From the NCBI GenBank assembly GCA_028534125.1, contig CM052816.1, positions 54,686,001 to 54,750,000 on the forward strand: a DNA stretch of 64,000 nucleotides. Direction: 5' to 3'. This DNA comes from Lama glama. Lineage: Eukaryota. The notes below the pieces were generated by a model. That model was given only the letters and a program-made list of their open reading frames with translations. It ran no database searches and was not told the origin of the DNA. The stretch's first letter is position 1; the number at the start of each line of letters is the position of its first letter. The translations under genes were made by a program, and so were the position numbers. Shown here piece by piece: positions 25,760 through 39,131 of this stretch.

Positions 25760-27180
25760 GTAAATCCTTTGGTCAATTCTCAGTCTTCATGTTACTCAAC
25801 CTGACAGTGGAATTTGGCACAACTGACCTCCCTCTCCTTCTTGAATGCCACGTTCACTTGGCTTCCTGGACCACTCTTGTCTTGATTCTCCTCCGACCTC
25901 AGTTCTACACTCTGGAGCAACCCCAGGTTTGTCCCTGGACTTCTTTTCAATATACGCACATTTCCTTTGGTGAGTTAATCCAGTTCTGTGGTTTTAAATA
26001 CCATCTTTTTGCTGATGACTCCCAAATTTGTTTTCTCAGATTTCTCCATTCCAGACACATATCATATCCATCCAGCTACTCAACATCTCTACTTGGACTG
26101 TAGACACATCAAGCATAAGTTCAAAACTAAATTCCTCATGCAACCCACCCTCTCACAGCTTTTCCTTCTCCTTAAATTGCAACTCTGTCCCTTGAGTTGC
26201 TCAGATCAAAAATCCTGGAGTTATCTGTGACTTTTTTCTCTTGTATTCCACATCTGACCCATTAGGGAAAACTACCTTGAAAATATATCCAAAGTACCAC
26301 CCTGGTGCAAGTTACCATTTCCTTTCACCTAGATTATTAGAGTAGCCTTGTGATCTGTCTCCCTCTTTCTACCCACAACCCTCTACACAGTCTTCTCTCA
26401 ACACAGCAGTCAGAGTTAACCCTGTTAAACTGCATCAGTTCAGATCACTTCCTTATTTAAAATACTGAAGTAGCTCCCCACTTCCTCTGTGGACAAACCA
26501 AAGTCTGTCAAAAGCTTACACATTCTGCCCTCCTCCCCCCCCACACACACACATACACACACACACACACACATACACAAAATCCCCTTGACTTCATTTC
26601 CTCTGTTCCCCTCACTCATTCTGCTCCAGCCACGCACACCCCATTGTCATTCCTTTGCCTGGAATGCTTTTCCCTCAAACACCTGCAGAGCTTTCATCCT
26701 AACTTCCTTCAGATCTTTGCTAAAATGCTACCTGCTCAGTGGTGCCTTCTCAGAACACCTTATTTAACATTATACTCCCATCCTCCCTCCATACTTTGTT
26801 TTCCTCCATGGCAGGGATCACCAGTATTGATATTCTACATGTATTTATTTATTATCGTGTTCTCCCACTGCAATGTAAACTCCATGAGTATAGAGTTTTT
26901 TGGTTTTGTTTTTCAGTTTGTGGCATTTTTAAAAGGATTTGTAAATTAATCCAAAGCTGGCAACTGCCTCTTATATACTCATTTCTATAATGTCAAGTTA
27001 TTACTTAAGTTCCAGTTTAAATCACTTTTCTTAAAATGCAGAAAGGCAGATATCTAAAATACTGCAAAAAACAACTTTTAAAATGTGGAGGACAGAGATT
27101 TTTGACTGTATTGTCCAGCTCTAGAACAATGCCTAGCACATAGAATGAGCTGAACAAATACTTGTGAATGAGTGAATTTT
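25760..27180 (+). mobile_element. L2 LINE fragment with an internal (AC)n run at about 26543-26578
   Basis: ggttttaaataccatctttttgctgatgactcccaaattt, gcctggaatgcttttccc; terminal cctagcacatag...aaatacttgtgaatgagtgaat. Confidence 0.8.
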
Positions 27181-27464
27181 TATATCTTGTACACCTACTA
27201 GCTTTCACTCACTCAGCTAGAGGCTAAGATTGCAAAGATTCACATCTCTACCTCCACTGAGCTGATGGTCAAATATAAAGAGAGATGTGTAAGTCAGTCA
27301 AGTGCTGGGGGGAGGGGTTGGTGAGTGATGTATCATTCAAAGGCTCTGGACACAGGGAGAAAGAATGACTCTTGCCTGGGGGAATCAGAGAAAGCTTCCT
27401 GGAGGAGGGGGCATTTGAAGAGGACTTTGGGGAATGAATAATTCACCAGATGAATTATTTAAAA

Positions 27465-27842
27465 TGAGGCTAGCTGCTGTAACACATAGATCTCCAAATC
27501 TTAGGGGTTCACTGAAGTAGATGTTAATTTTTTCCTCAAAGAAAAATCCAAGTCTAAATTTGGTGAAGGTTTCTCCTCCAAGTAGAGATCAGTGAGCAGG
27601 CTTCTCCCAACTTGGGATCCTGCCACCTTCAACTCAAGGCTTCTGAGGTCCCTACAGAAGGAAAAGAGCGTGAAGGATTCCATGTATTCAGTTTCCACAG
27701 CTCTGGCCTGAAAGTGACACACAGTCACTTCCGTGTTCCATTAACCAGAACTCACCACACATGGCCACGGGCCACTGCAAAGGAGGCTGTGTGCCCAGCA
27801 GGAAGAGGAAAGGAGCTCATGGGACAGCTAACCACTGTCTGT
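27465..27842 (-). mobile_element. Old MaLR LTR (MLT1J/K-like)
   Basis: gctagctgctgtaacaca start; ctggcctgaaagtgacacacagtcacttcc...gtgtgcccagcaggaagagg. Confidence 0.6.
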
Positions 27843-27974
27843 TACTCCAGGCATAGTGGATTAGAGACAGGCGCCCCAAGAGAAAGAACAGTATGAAAGT
27901 GTGGTATGTTTTGGAAACACTGTGGTGGGAACCCAGAGAGTGTGAAGGAAAGTGGCCAGAGATAACACTAGAAA

Positions 27975-28458
27975 GGTAAATTGAGAGTTGTGTCTTATTC
28001 AGGGGACCTGCTGAGGACTCGAGCCCGGGACACAGCCTCTCAGATCTCTCTAAGAGACTGCTCTGGAGAGGCAAGGGAGGAGCCAGGATATACAGGAGTT
28101 TTTGCAGCAAAGACCAGGTAGTCAGTACATTAAAAGATTACTGTTAATTAAAGAAAGCCTGATATCTCAAGTTAAGGAATTTAACACTTTTTTATGTATG
28201 GGAAGGTGCAAAGATCTGGGCTCACTGAAATCATTCCTTTGATGTGCATCTAGCTCTCTAGAGCCAGGATCCCATTCTTTCCCATGCTGAGTCCCCTCAG
28301 GTTGCACTGTTGGAAGTGGCAGCAGAGGCTGGGCTGCCTGCTTGTCTATATCCTGAGTTCCCTCTGCTCACTGTCCTGGGTGGCAGTAGTGGCTGATGAT
28401 TTGACGGCCACAGCATCCTTTGTTTACTGCTATGGCAGGCAATATTTTTCAATCACAG
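27975..28458 (-). mobile_element. ERV1-type solo LTR (MER41-like)
   Basis: gaggactcgagcccgggacacagcctctcagat...ctgctc...gggaaggtgcaaagatctgggctca resembles laurasiatherian MER41-like LTRs as I recall them. Confidence 0.55.
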
Positions 28459-30134
28459 ACTCCCCTATGAAGGGCTTGTATTTACTATGAAAAAGACTTT
28501 GGACTTTAATCCTGAGGGCATTGAAATTGAACCATCCTGCCTCAGCCCTATCTTCACATCCCTGAGATTGGCAGGGTGGCCTTTCTGGGACTACAAGAAA
28601 ACTCAATCAAATAGGAGCTGGAGGTGAAAGAACTAGGGAGAAGAAAATGGGAGAAGAGAGATACACTCCTACCACAAATGCTGCCCACATGAGCATCTCA
28701 GTCCCATCAGTCAACCCCTCCCCATCTTTTTAATCACCATGTGGCATAATCATTCACCCTCATCGTGTGCTTGTTTCATTAAGTAACCACAGGCACAGAC
28801 GCCATCGCCTGGCTCTGCTCCCCCAGCCTTACCCCTTTTCCGAAAGGTGAGATGGGACTGCATTTCTGTTTATGCTCCTCCCTGTGATGTGTCACACAAG
28901 CACACCTCCAGCCCAGTTGGAAAGCCTTGTAGCATTTGTCCTTAAAAATATTTCCCCCAACTGCTTGAATGGTGGAAACAAAAAATCTAAAAAGTTAAAT
29001 AACAAAAACAAAAAAAACCCCAAAGATCATCAGCCTAGAGAACAGCTGGTAGCTAATGCCTGAAATGAGTAACATTTGAAATTATTTCTTTGGGTCTGGC
29101 AAGCCTTCGGGAAGCTGGAGACCTCCATCACCACACCAGCCTTTGCCTCCCATCCCGACCCCTCCCTCGGCTCTGCCGCTCCCGAGCTGAATGATGCTCA
29201 GGGCCTCCCTTCCTCACACCAGAGGCCTTCTAAGGGCCCCTCCAGCTCTAACTGATGAGGTGAAGTAAACTAACACTTCAGAGAGATGACTGGAGAGTGT
29301 GGTGAGCAAGGCCTTTCTGGAGGGAGTCCAGCGTGGGGCGGAGGCTCCGGGCTGACTGTAGGACCAGAGAGCGGGGACAAGGACAGACCCTGCCACCTTG
29401 CTCCACCCCAGGGGGCTCTCAGTGTCAGGAGGAGCCAGAACTCCCTGGGCTAACCACCAGGAATGAAAGCCACCAACTCAATTTGAAAGAAGGCAAACTG
29501 CTGGCTTTTCTTGTAAAATCTGTTACAACAGCCTCTTTAGATAAGTGGCCAAAAAAAAAAAAAAAAGACATTCAATGCCAGAATATAGCTGTTTTCCAAT
29601 GTGGTTGTTCAGTCTCCACCACAAGCCCCACCCGCAACCTGTGGTGGTTCATTTTTATCGTCTCATCTAAAGAAGAAATGTTTCCTCTTTCTGAGGACAC
29701 GTACAACTCAGGCTTATTAAGTTGATTCTAAGAGAGACAATTTTTGTGATGGGAAATACAAAAGAAGGAAGGGAGGGAAGGGAGGAAGGAAGGATCCATA
29801 GGTAACTGCTCTGAAAGGTTGGATCAACATCTTTCTAGTTAGAGAGCTATCTTTTTAAAAATGGAATTAAGATTGTGTTGCATAACTGTCTTATTACTTA
29901 GTTTTCCCCATTCGACATCCTAGGATCATCTTCCCAAAATCTTAAATATTCTTCCACAGCACCATTTTTGGTTGCTGTAGAATATTTCATCTTCTCAGTA
30001 GATCTTAATTTATTTAATCCGTTGTAGCATATCCAGATTATTTCAGGTTTTTGTCGTTATGTTTTAGGTAAGACAGAGATAAATGTATCCTGATACATAC
30101 ATTTTTCTTTTCTGCAATTTCAGATTTTTCCTTT

Positions 30135-30748
30135 TTTTGATTTTGTATTTTTTATCGTGGTAAAATACATGTAACGTTATCTAAGTGTACAGCTTAGTGG
30201 CATTAGATACATTCACAATGTTGTGCAACACCACGAATATCCATTTAGAACTTTTTCATCATCCCAAACAGAAACGCCCTATTCCTTTAACAACAGCTTC
30301 CCATTCTGCCCTCCCCTCAGCCCCTGGTAACCACCATCCTACGTCATCTCTATGAGTTTACCTGTTCCAGATAACTCCTGTAAGTGAAGCACACAATATC
30401 TGTCCTTTTGTGTCTGGCTTATTTCACGTAGCATAGTGTCTTCAAGGTTCATCCACATTGTAGCCTGTGTCAGAATTTCATTCCTTTTTCAGGCTATTAT
30501 TCCACTGTACGTATAGGTCACATTTTGTTGATCATTCCTCTGTTGATGGACACTTGGGTTGTTTCCATCTTTTGGTTATGGTGAATAATGCTGCTATGAA
30601 TAGAGGTGTACAAGTATCTGTCCAGCTTCCTGCTTTCAGTTCTTTTGGGAACATACCTAGGAGTGGAATTGCTGGAACACATGGTAATTCTATGTTTAAC
30701 TTTTTGAGGAACCACCAAACTGTTTTACGCAATGACTGCACCATGCCT
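30135..30748 (-). mobile_element. L1MB-type 3' end
   Basis: gttgatggacacttgggttgtttcca, aggagtggaattgctgg, tttttgaggaaccaccaaactgtttt. Translates as the ORF2 C-terminus ([16 protein letters not shown]). Confidence 0.88.
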
Positions 30749-32649
30749 TGAGCTAGGTAAATGAAAAATGAATCTGTTCTAAAAGCCTCATGTCAACTTG
30801 GCCTGGAAAAGTCTAATGTCCATATTTCAGGATGGTGGAACCTCACTGGGCTGTGAAATGTGGGTGTCCCCCCTTAACGACAGGAGCAATGGAGAACTGG
30901 TGGCATCCAGGAGAGGGTGACCGAACAGGACCATGTCAAATTAAAGTGGTGAAGGGACTGGGTGCTTGGTCTGGTGAAGATCAGGTGTTTCCTCTCCACA
31001 AAGACCTGTCTCCAGGGCTATGAGAGGCTGTCCGGTGGCAGAGTAGGCAGACATTTCTGCAGCCATGGAGGTAGAAGGAAAGCTGGGAGAAACACCCGGA
31101 GACCGGCTTTGGCCAAACACTGCCCTGAGGCCGGGAGCCCTGGGCGGCGGCAGAGGTGGTAGGGGGCTCCTGGGAATGGTCATCACTAAGGCCCCGGGAC
31201 CCTGGGAAGCCAGGGAGAAGACAGCACAGAGCAGTAGCTCACACTTCCTGGGATTCTTTTATTGTTGTTCTGCTTTTGAACAAATGGGAAGGCGGAGCTT
31301 GGAGGGTTTTTTGGTGAAAAGTATCTCTTTCCTTTTTAAAAAGGAAATCAGGAAGCACACAGTCTCAATACAAATAGCCAAATAATTGCTGGATTATGAA
31401 TTTCATTTTGATAAATTTAAACATTAATCAAAATAAACTATTTAAGAAGAGTCCTCTTACCAGAAACGTTTCTCTAGAAACTGGAGGTGCAGAAGAAAAT
31501 GGGATCAGAGATAAAGAGTTCTGAGGCTGAAAACTGCTTATTCAGGTGTCTTTATGGCTTTGGATGCCTTACCAGGAGGCTCAGTGAACAACACCTGAGC
31601 GAGCACACAGCTGCAGCCCCTTGAGGATGCATTTCTTCTTTAATTGGACTCCCATTTACCACTTCTTTCTCAGCTTTGCTTCCTTTCTAATTGTTTTCTG
31701 AGTCCTTTTTATTTATTATTACTAGTAATAGTTACTAGTGCTGTCCAGCAAATATTTCTGCTTCTCCCCTTCAGCGTGCTGGGCATTGCTTCCCCCTAGA
31801 TTATTCGTTTAGGACAAAAAATTTTTAGAGATGGGTGGATTTGCTACATCCAAAAATTCTATTAATTTTAAAAGTTTTCCTGGTTATTATCAAATTACCA
31901 TTCAGGAAATTACCCTTCAGGAACACTGTACCAATTTATAGTCCCATCAGCAGTGTGTGGGTGTCCATCTCCTCACATCTTCACCAGCACTGGGTGTTAC
32001 TGTTTTGAAAAATCTTTACTTGTTTGATATCTGCTCTAATTTTAATATTTACTTACTCAAGGAGCAGAGTAGGGCAAAGGATTTTTTCCCGAAGAGATAG
32101 GGAGCTGTGATTCTAAAGCATAATCTAAGCACACAATCAGTAAATATTTGTACAAATGCTATGTGCTGTTTTTCATCAGTTACTTAATTGAGTGGATATA
32201 GTGCTGGAGTAAGAGACTTGCTTCACAGGCCTTTGTACTTACTGGCTACGGACAGTAAGTAAGCAAACAGAGGCCTCTGAGTCTCAGATTTCTCTTATGT
32301 GAAATGGCTGTTCAACCCACAGGGTGGTGTGACAGTGAAACAAGAAAATGTACATAAAAGTCCTTTAGAAACCGTGAAAGCACTATGCATGACCCGACGA
32401 TGCTAACTGTTGCTACCGTTAGCCACGGTGATAAATCATGTTATAGCTAACCTTAAATAAACCATGTTGTTTTTAGACAAACCATCCCATTATCCCTAGC
32501 CGACCAAAGGTCTTCCCTCTGCAATCCAGCAGGATTAGATGACCATCAGCCCGGAGATAGGACAGACTGTCCGGGTGAGAGGGAGAGAGTTTAGAGCCAC
32601 TTCCTAACAGCCCAGGATCTTACAGCTTCACAAAGAAACCAGATGCATG

Positions 32650-33320
32650 AGACAGATGCAACTGCAAAAACCAGTCAGGGATGTCAGAGGAGGAACCGAG
32701 ACCAGCGTGTGGCCTCAGTCCTGCGCGGTGAAAAGCTACTTGTGTTCGCGCCAGGGGCCAAGCCCCACCAAGGGGTAAGGGCTAAGAAGGAACCGTTGCC
32801 CTCAAGCAGGGCCAGGCTGGGGGGTCTCTGTTCTTGGCAGGGGCTGGGAAGAAGCCTGGGATCCCTGGCGAAGCTGTGGAGACTGACAAAGGCCTGTGGG
32901 CAGCTGGTAAGGAGGGGGAGGGGCGTAGATAGACGGGGGCGTTTGGATTTACTATGAAAGACGACCTGGGGGCACACAGGCCCAGAGAGCAGAGTTAGTT
33001 GCTGGCAGTTTAAGCACAGCTCGGGGAACGCAGAGGAAGGAGGGGCTGGGAAATCTCCGAAAGGGTAGGGCGGTGATTCTCAGCTGCTCAGGGCAGCAGA
33101 AACTGGTTTGGTCCTGTTGTTTAGCGTTTGTGAGCTTCTCATTAGCATCTGAAGGAAGTGCACAGAGAACACTCACCAAGCCTTTAGACTAGAGCTCAGC
33201 CTGCTGGGCTGGGAAGGGGCGTGCAGGGGCAGGGGCGGGGGCGGGGGTGGGGGCGGGGGAGCCTAATTGCTCTGAAGACGGCAGCCTGACTTCAAGAATC
33301 CAGTGATCTACGGGACCCTA
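32650..33320. promoter_or_regulatory. GC/CpG-enriched candidate enhancer or alternative promoter with a GC-box/G-quadruplex cluster (33206-33259)
   Basis: Non-repeat sequence with a local CpG excess and GGGGCAGGGGCGGGGGCGGGGGTGGGGGCGGGGG. Confidence 0.5.
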
Positions 33321-34679
33321 AGAAGGAACCGAATCCCTTTCCATCCCACCTAAAGCCGAAGTCATTCTATTGATAAAACTTCCTAAGTTCTCAGCTACTT
33401 CTCTCATTGGTTCAATATAGAAAGCGTAGTAATTTTGGAAAGAAAGAAATGATTGTAACAGCAATGTTGAATTATTAACTCACTCACCCTTACCTATATC
33501 GTATGAAATAGAAACTAGTCTTGCCTTCTTGTTAGAAATAAAATGCTTGCGAAGTAGTTTCAGAAACAGATGCCAAACTCATAACCTGGTAGCAGAGGCA
33601 TCCCCGTAGTGACACCAAATGCTTGTGTTACCAGATGCTTCCCTGAGTTTTTTGCACTGATTAGAAATTAGGTGTTTATTTCTCAGGCATGAAAAAAAAA
33701 AATCAGGCAAGTTTTTGGCTTTGGAGCCCAAGGATGGCAAGGCGTTGTGTCCAGGGATTCAGGTTTATGTCCTCAAAGAATCACAATGAGGCACTGCATG
33801 TGTAAGCACTGCATGCTCCCGTGAGAGGGAGGAAGATGGAGTGGACCAGGATGGAGTTTAAAGCACAAAGAATCCCAGCTCCATCCTGCCAGCTCCAGCA
33901 CCTGGGTTATTTTGAAATGAAACTCACTTTGGAAATGCAAATGACTCACCAAGGAGTTTGGCGTGTTGGCTTAAGACAAGCTAACTGTGGCTTTGAAGAC
34001 CTTTTGGGTTCCGCTGGGTTGGTTGCTTTTGGAGCCAAAGGAGATGGGGAGCATAAAGGGCTTAGTAAAGTGTCAAGTGCTAAAGGAACATTCAGTTTTA
34101 GAGACAGTGTTGAGTCTTGAATATTTCGAAGCCCACTGAACTAGCCAATGGAAGAGACAAGATTTTGCATGGACTCTATTCCATCGGCCAGGGTAGACAC
34201 AGTCTTGATCTAGAGCTGCTTCTATTCTTAAAATCTGATTTCCTGTTTCTCCCTGCCCCTCTCCTCCCCGACAGCACCACACAGACTGGGGGCCTCTGTT
34301 GGGCAGGGTTCTGTGCCAGACTGAGTGAGCCAATGACACTGCAGCTGCATGGGTCGAAGAGAAAAACGGACCTGCAGCCCCCAACACGAAAGCCACCTGC
34401 AAGCATCAGAGATAATGCAGGGTGAGGTTGAGGTGGAGGAGCCAACAGGGCCGGGAGCTGAAGTGGTGGATGGGAAGAGAAGCTCAAAGGTCAAGATATC
34501 CCAGAACCGCAGGAAAAGAATTGCCTATTGCACTGTGCCCAGCGGGCTCCCCAAACAGCCCTCCAGGCTGTGGCTGGTTCTTCAGACAGTAAAATCCCTC
34601 CTTCCAAGATGAGTCATTTCCATTTCCAGAGGGAGTTTTATTTCTGAATAACTGAGCTAGACAGAATAACTTAGAGGCT

Positions 34680-34915
34680 GCAGGGCCTCACTGGTTAAGA
34701 GCTAGGACTTCTGGGCAAAACTGTTTGGGTTTGAATCTTGACTTCATCTCTTATATGCTGTGCGACCTTAGGTAAGATAATTAACCTCTCTGTGCCTGAG
34801 TTTTTCTTACCTGTAAAGCAGGGCTATTACTAATAGCATCTGGTTCTTAGATTACTGTACAAACTACAGTAGTTAATCTGTGGCAAGTTCTTAGAACAGG
34901 TCCTGGCACATAGTT
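34680..34915 (+). mobile_element. MIR SINE
   Basis: ggttaagagctaggacttctgg...tgcgaccttaggtaagataattaacctctctgtgcctgagttttt. Confidence 0.75.
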
Positions 34916-34944
34916 TCTTTAAAGCTTTAAAAATACAGATACTA

Positions 34945-35135
34945 ATGATTATATATAAAATAAACAACAAGTTCCTACTGTAGAGCACAGGGAACTATCT
35001 TCAATACCTTATAATAGCCTATAATGAAAAAGAATATGAAAAGGAATATATATATATATGCATAATTGAATCTCTGTTGCACACCAGAAACTGACACAAC
35101 TTAGCAAACTGACTATACTTTAATAAAAAATAAAT
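34945..35135 (+). mobile_element. Short L1 3' terminal fragment
   Basis: agcacagggaactatcttcaatacc...aatgaaaaagaatatg...ctgactatactttaataaaaaa. Confidence 0.85.
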
Positions 35136-36335
35136 GAAAATAGATATTATTTTATTAATGTACTCCCTGACATGATACATGCTCTGAGAGTAAGCACCCT
35201 ATCTGAGTTTGCTTACAATTGTACATCCAGTGTTTAGCACAGCAGACAGTAAGCACTCAACGCTCTAGGTAAAAGGGAGCTCCCAAACCCTTCCTGGACT
35301 CTGCACTACAGCTCCAGCTCCACCCACCCAAGCAATAAAAGGCACACCGGCTAGCAGTTAGCAAAGCCAAAGTTACCCCAAGAGCTGTGCTGCGACAGAG
35401 TTCCCTGTTCTCAGACCCCCAGACTTCTCCTTGTCTTTACCAAACAGGATGTGGGGCCCAATCTTATTTGCCTGGAGGAAGCACTCCGTCTCCGAGTCAG
35501 GAGGGTCTGCCCAGGTTAAGGTGTGGGCCGAGTGCTCTGGGTCTCCCACACTCCCCCGAGGAGGAACAGTCAGCAGCCCAGACGGCTCTGAAGCTTGTGG
35601 GCAAAAAGCCAGCCTCCTTCCCCTGCTCTCTAGGCACCTGGATCCTTCTGCAGAGATTTGGGCTGGATGCATGTATATCAGAGAGCGAGCTCCCGCCCAG
35701 AGTTTCTTCCTGAAAATGTTGACATCTCCCCCTCAGCTCACAAGGTGAACAGCATTTGCAGGGCCCTGCTCGGCCCTCTCCAATGGAGAACTCTAGTTGG
35801 GACCAAAGTAAAGTGACATGCCACAGTTCACTAAATCCAAGTCATCTTTGACATGAAGTCTTTTATATTGTATGTAGCGCTGAGAAAGAATAAATACCAA
35901 CACTTAAACACTCCACTGATTTCAAGATTTACTGCAATTTCAGAGATGCTAAAATATGAAAAAAATGCACCTGAGAATTGATGAAAACAGTGCACCATTA
36001 CATACACACAGCAGGAGGAAAAGACGCATCAGAGAACGTTCACATGTTCCACCAACAAATCTCCCCACAATATACTCTGCCCTCCCTCTTTTGACAATGG
36101 GTGAAGCACCCATGCTCTCGTCTCTGCCAGCCCCTGCACATGTGCACTGGGTCCCGTCCCCTTTCAACTACTTACGGACACATCACTCTAGCAACCCCCA
36201 CTTGTCTCCTCCGCATGTTTAACTTTTTCCTCTCTACTGGTTTGTTTCCATTGCCTAAACCTGTGAAATAATGTCTTTCTTGATCTCTCTCTAGTTCTAT
36301 TCGTGGCTGCACTTTACACAAAGTTCCTTAAAAGA

Positions 36336-39125
36336 CTCGAGACTTTCTGGTCAAGATGACGGAGTGGTAGGACCACAAGCTCGCCTCTCCTCGTGACTAC
36401 AACGAAACCACAACTGACTGCTAGACAACCATCAAAAAAAAGACTGGAACCTAGAACAGAAGATTGTCTTCGACTGGAAACATAAAGAGGGAACCACAGC
36501 AGGACGGTAGGAGGGGCGTGCTCACAATATAATTGGGCCCCATACCCTCCGGGTTGGTGGTCCACAAGCGGAAGAATAATTAAGTCGCAGAGGTCCTCCC
36601 ACAAAAGTGAGAGTTCTAAGCCCCACATCCGGCTCCCCAGCCCAGGGTTCTGACATTGGGAGGAGGAAGAGACCCCAGGACATCTGGTTTTGATGTCCAG
36701 TGGGGCTTAATTCCAGGAGCCCCACAGGACTGGGGGAAACAGGCTTCACTCTCTTGGGAAGCTTACGTAGAATCTTGAGTGTGCCAGGTCCAAAGGCAGA
36801 GGCAGTGACTTCATAGGAACCTGGGCCAGGCCTGCCTTCTGGTTTTGGAGGGTCTCCTCGGGACACAGGGGACAGCTGCAGCTCACCCAGGGGACAAAAA
36901 GCTGGTGGCAGACATTCGAGGAGTGTTCATCTACATGAGCTTTTCTGGAGGCTGATATCTTGATTGGATCTTTAGCACCAAGACCTAGCCCTACCCAACA
37001 GCCTAAAGGGAAGCCTCAGGCCAAACAACATACAGGGTGGGAACACAGCCCCACCCATCAGCAGACTTCCTAAGCCACAAAGGCCTCTAGACACAGCCCT
37101 ACCCACCAGAGATCCAGGACCTAGTTTCACCCAGCAGTGGGCAGGCACCAGCTCCTCCTGCCAGGAAACCTGCATAAGCCTCTAGTTCAGCCTCATCCAC
37201 CAGGGGCAGATACCAGAAATAAGAAAACAACAATCTCAAAGCCTGTGGAAGGAATCCACAAACACAGGCCAGACTCTGCCCTGGGCCTGGCTGGACACTG
37301 ACAACAGAGGAGTGTACTACTGGGACACACAGGACGTCTCCCACAGAGGGCCACCTCTCCAAGGTCAAGAAACATAACTAAGCTACCTAAAAATACAAAT
37401 AGAAAGATAAACAATATGAGGTGGCAGAGGAATGTCTCCCAGGCCAAGGCACAAGATAAAATTCCAGAAGAAGAAATAAGTGATGAGGAGATAGGCAATT
37501 TATCTGAGAAAGAGTTTAAAATAATGATGGCAAAGATGTTCAGAGAACTCAAGAGGAGTATAGATGCACAGAGTGAAGATTTTTAGCAAAGAGTTGGAAA
37601 ATATAAAGAGTACCCAAACAGAGTTAAAGAATAAAATTACTAAAATGAAGAACACACTAGAAGAAACCAAGAATAGACTAAATGAGGCAGCAGAAGGGAT
37701 CAAGGAGCTAGAAGACAGATTAGGGGAAATCACTACTGCAGAACAGGAAAAAGAAAAAAGAATGAAAGGAAATGAGGATAGTTTGAGAGAACTCTGGGAC
37801 AACATGAGGCGCTCTAATATTCACATCATAGGGGTCCCAGAAAGAGAAAAGAGAGAGAAAAGACCTGAGAAAACTTTTGAAGAGGTAACAACTGAAAACT
37901 TCCCCAACTTGGGAAAGGAAACAGTCACCCAAGTCCAGGAAGTACAGAGAGTTCCACACAGGATCCACCCAAAGAGGAACACACCAAGGCACAAGGCACG
38001 TAGTAATCAAATTGACAAAAATTAAAGATAGGGAGAAAATATTAAAATCAGCAAGAGAAAAGCAACAAATAACATACAAGGGAACTCCCATAAGGTTATC
38101 AGCTGATTTTTCAGCAGAAACTCTGCAGGCCAGAAGGGAGTGGCACAATATATGTAAAGTGATGAAAGGGAAAAACCTACAGCCAAGAACACTCTGTCCA
38201 GCAAGGCTCTCACTCAGATTTGATGGAGAAATCAAAAGCTTCACAGATCAACAAAAGCTAAAGGAATTCAGCACCACCAAACCAGCTTTACAACAAATGT
38301 TAAAGGAACTTCTCTAGTCATCAAACCATAAGAGAACAGTGAGAAGAAAGAGAAAAAAAAAAAAAAACTGAAAAAGATTGCTTTGGCAGTTTGGGGTCTT
38401 TTATGGTTCCATATAAATTTTGGAATTGTTTGCTCTAGTTCTGTGAAAAATATTGTGAGTTCTTTGGCAGGGGTTGCACTGGATCCGTAGATTGCTTTGG
38501 GCAATACAGCCATTTTGACAATGTTAACGCTTGCAATTCAAGAGCACAAGGTATCTTTCCATTTCTTTGTATCATCTTAAATTTCCTTCATCCATTTTCC
38601 ACAGTTTTCAGAGTATAGGTAACCTTCTTGGTTAAGATTGTTTCTAGGTATTTTGTTCTTTTTAATGCAATGGAAATTTTTATACCAGTTATAAAATTCT
38701 GGTTTTTGAAGTGGAAAAAAAAGTGCATGAAGGGCTGCAAATGGCAAAATAGCCTTCTTTCTTATGGGTGAGTTGTATTCCATTACATACAGATGCTGCA
38801 TCTTCTCTATCCGTTCATCTATTGATGTGCACTTACGATGCTTCCATGTATTGGCAATTACAAATAATTTTGCTGTTAATGGCGGGGTGTATGTATCTTT
38901 CTGAATTAATTCTTATTTTGTGATTGGCTTTATTCCTTTAATAACTATGTAAGTTTAAAGAGCTAAAGCTCTAAACATTCTTAGAGACAATGAACAGTAC
39001 ATATATGTAAATTTTAAAAATATGTGCAGTATATTGTGTATATGTATTTACATGCAATATATTGTATATGTGCAGTCAAATTGTAACAATTCTACCTAAT
39101 AAAAATGAAAAATGAAAAAAAAAAA
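36336..39125 (+). mobile_element. Composite L1-derived insertion: 5' UTR, ORF1 (about 37416-38317, frameshifted), A-run, two antisense ORF2 fragments, AATAAA and poly-A; no sense ORF2
   Basis: ORF1 peptides ([60 protein letters not shown]). Inserted at a TT/AAAA site in an L2 with a short TSD aaaaga (36330-36335 and 39126-39131). Confidence 0.8.
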
Positions 39126-39131
39126 AAAAGA

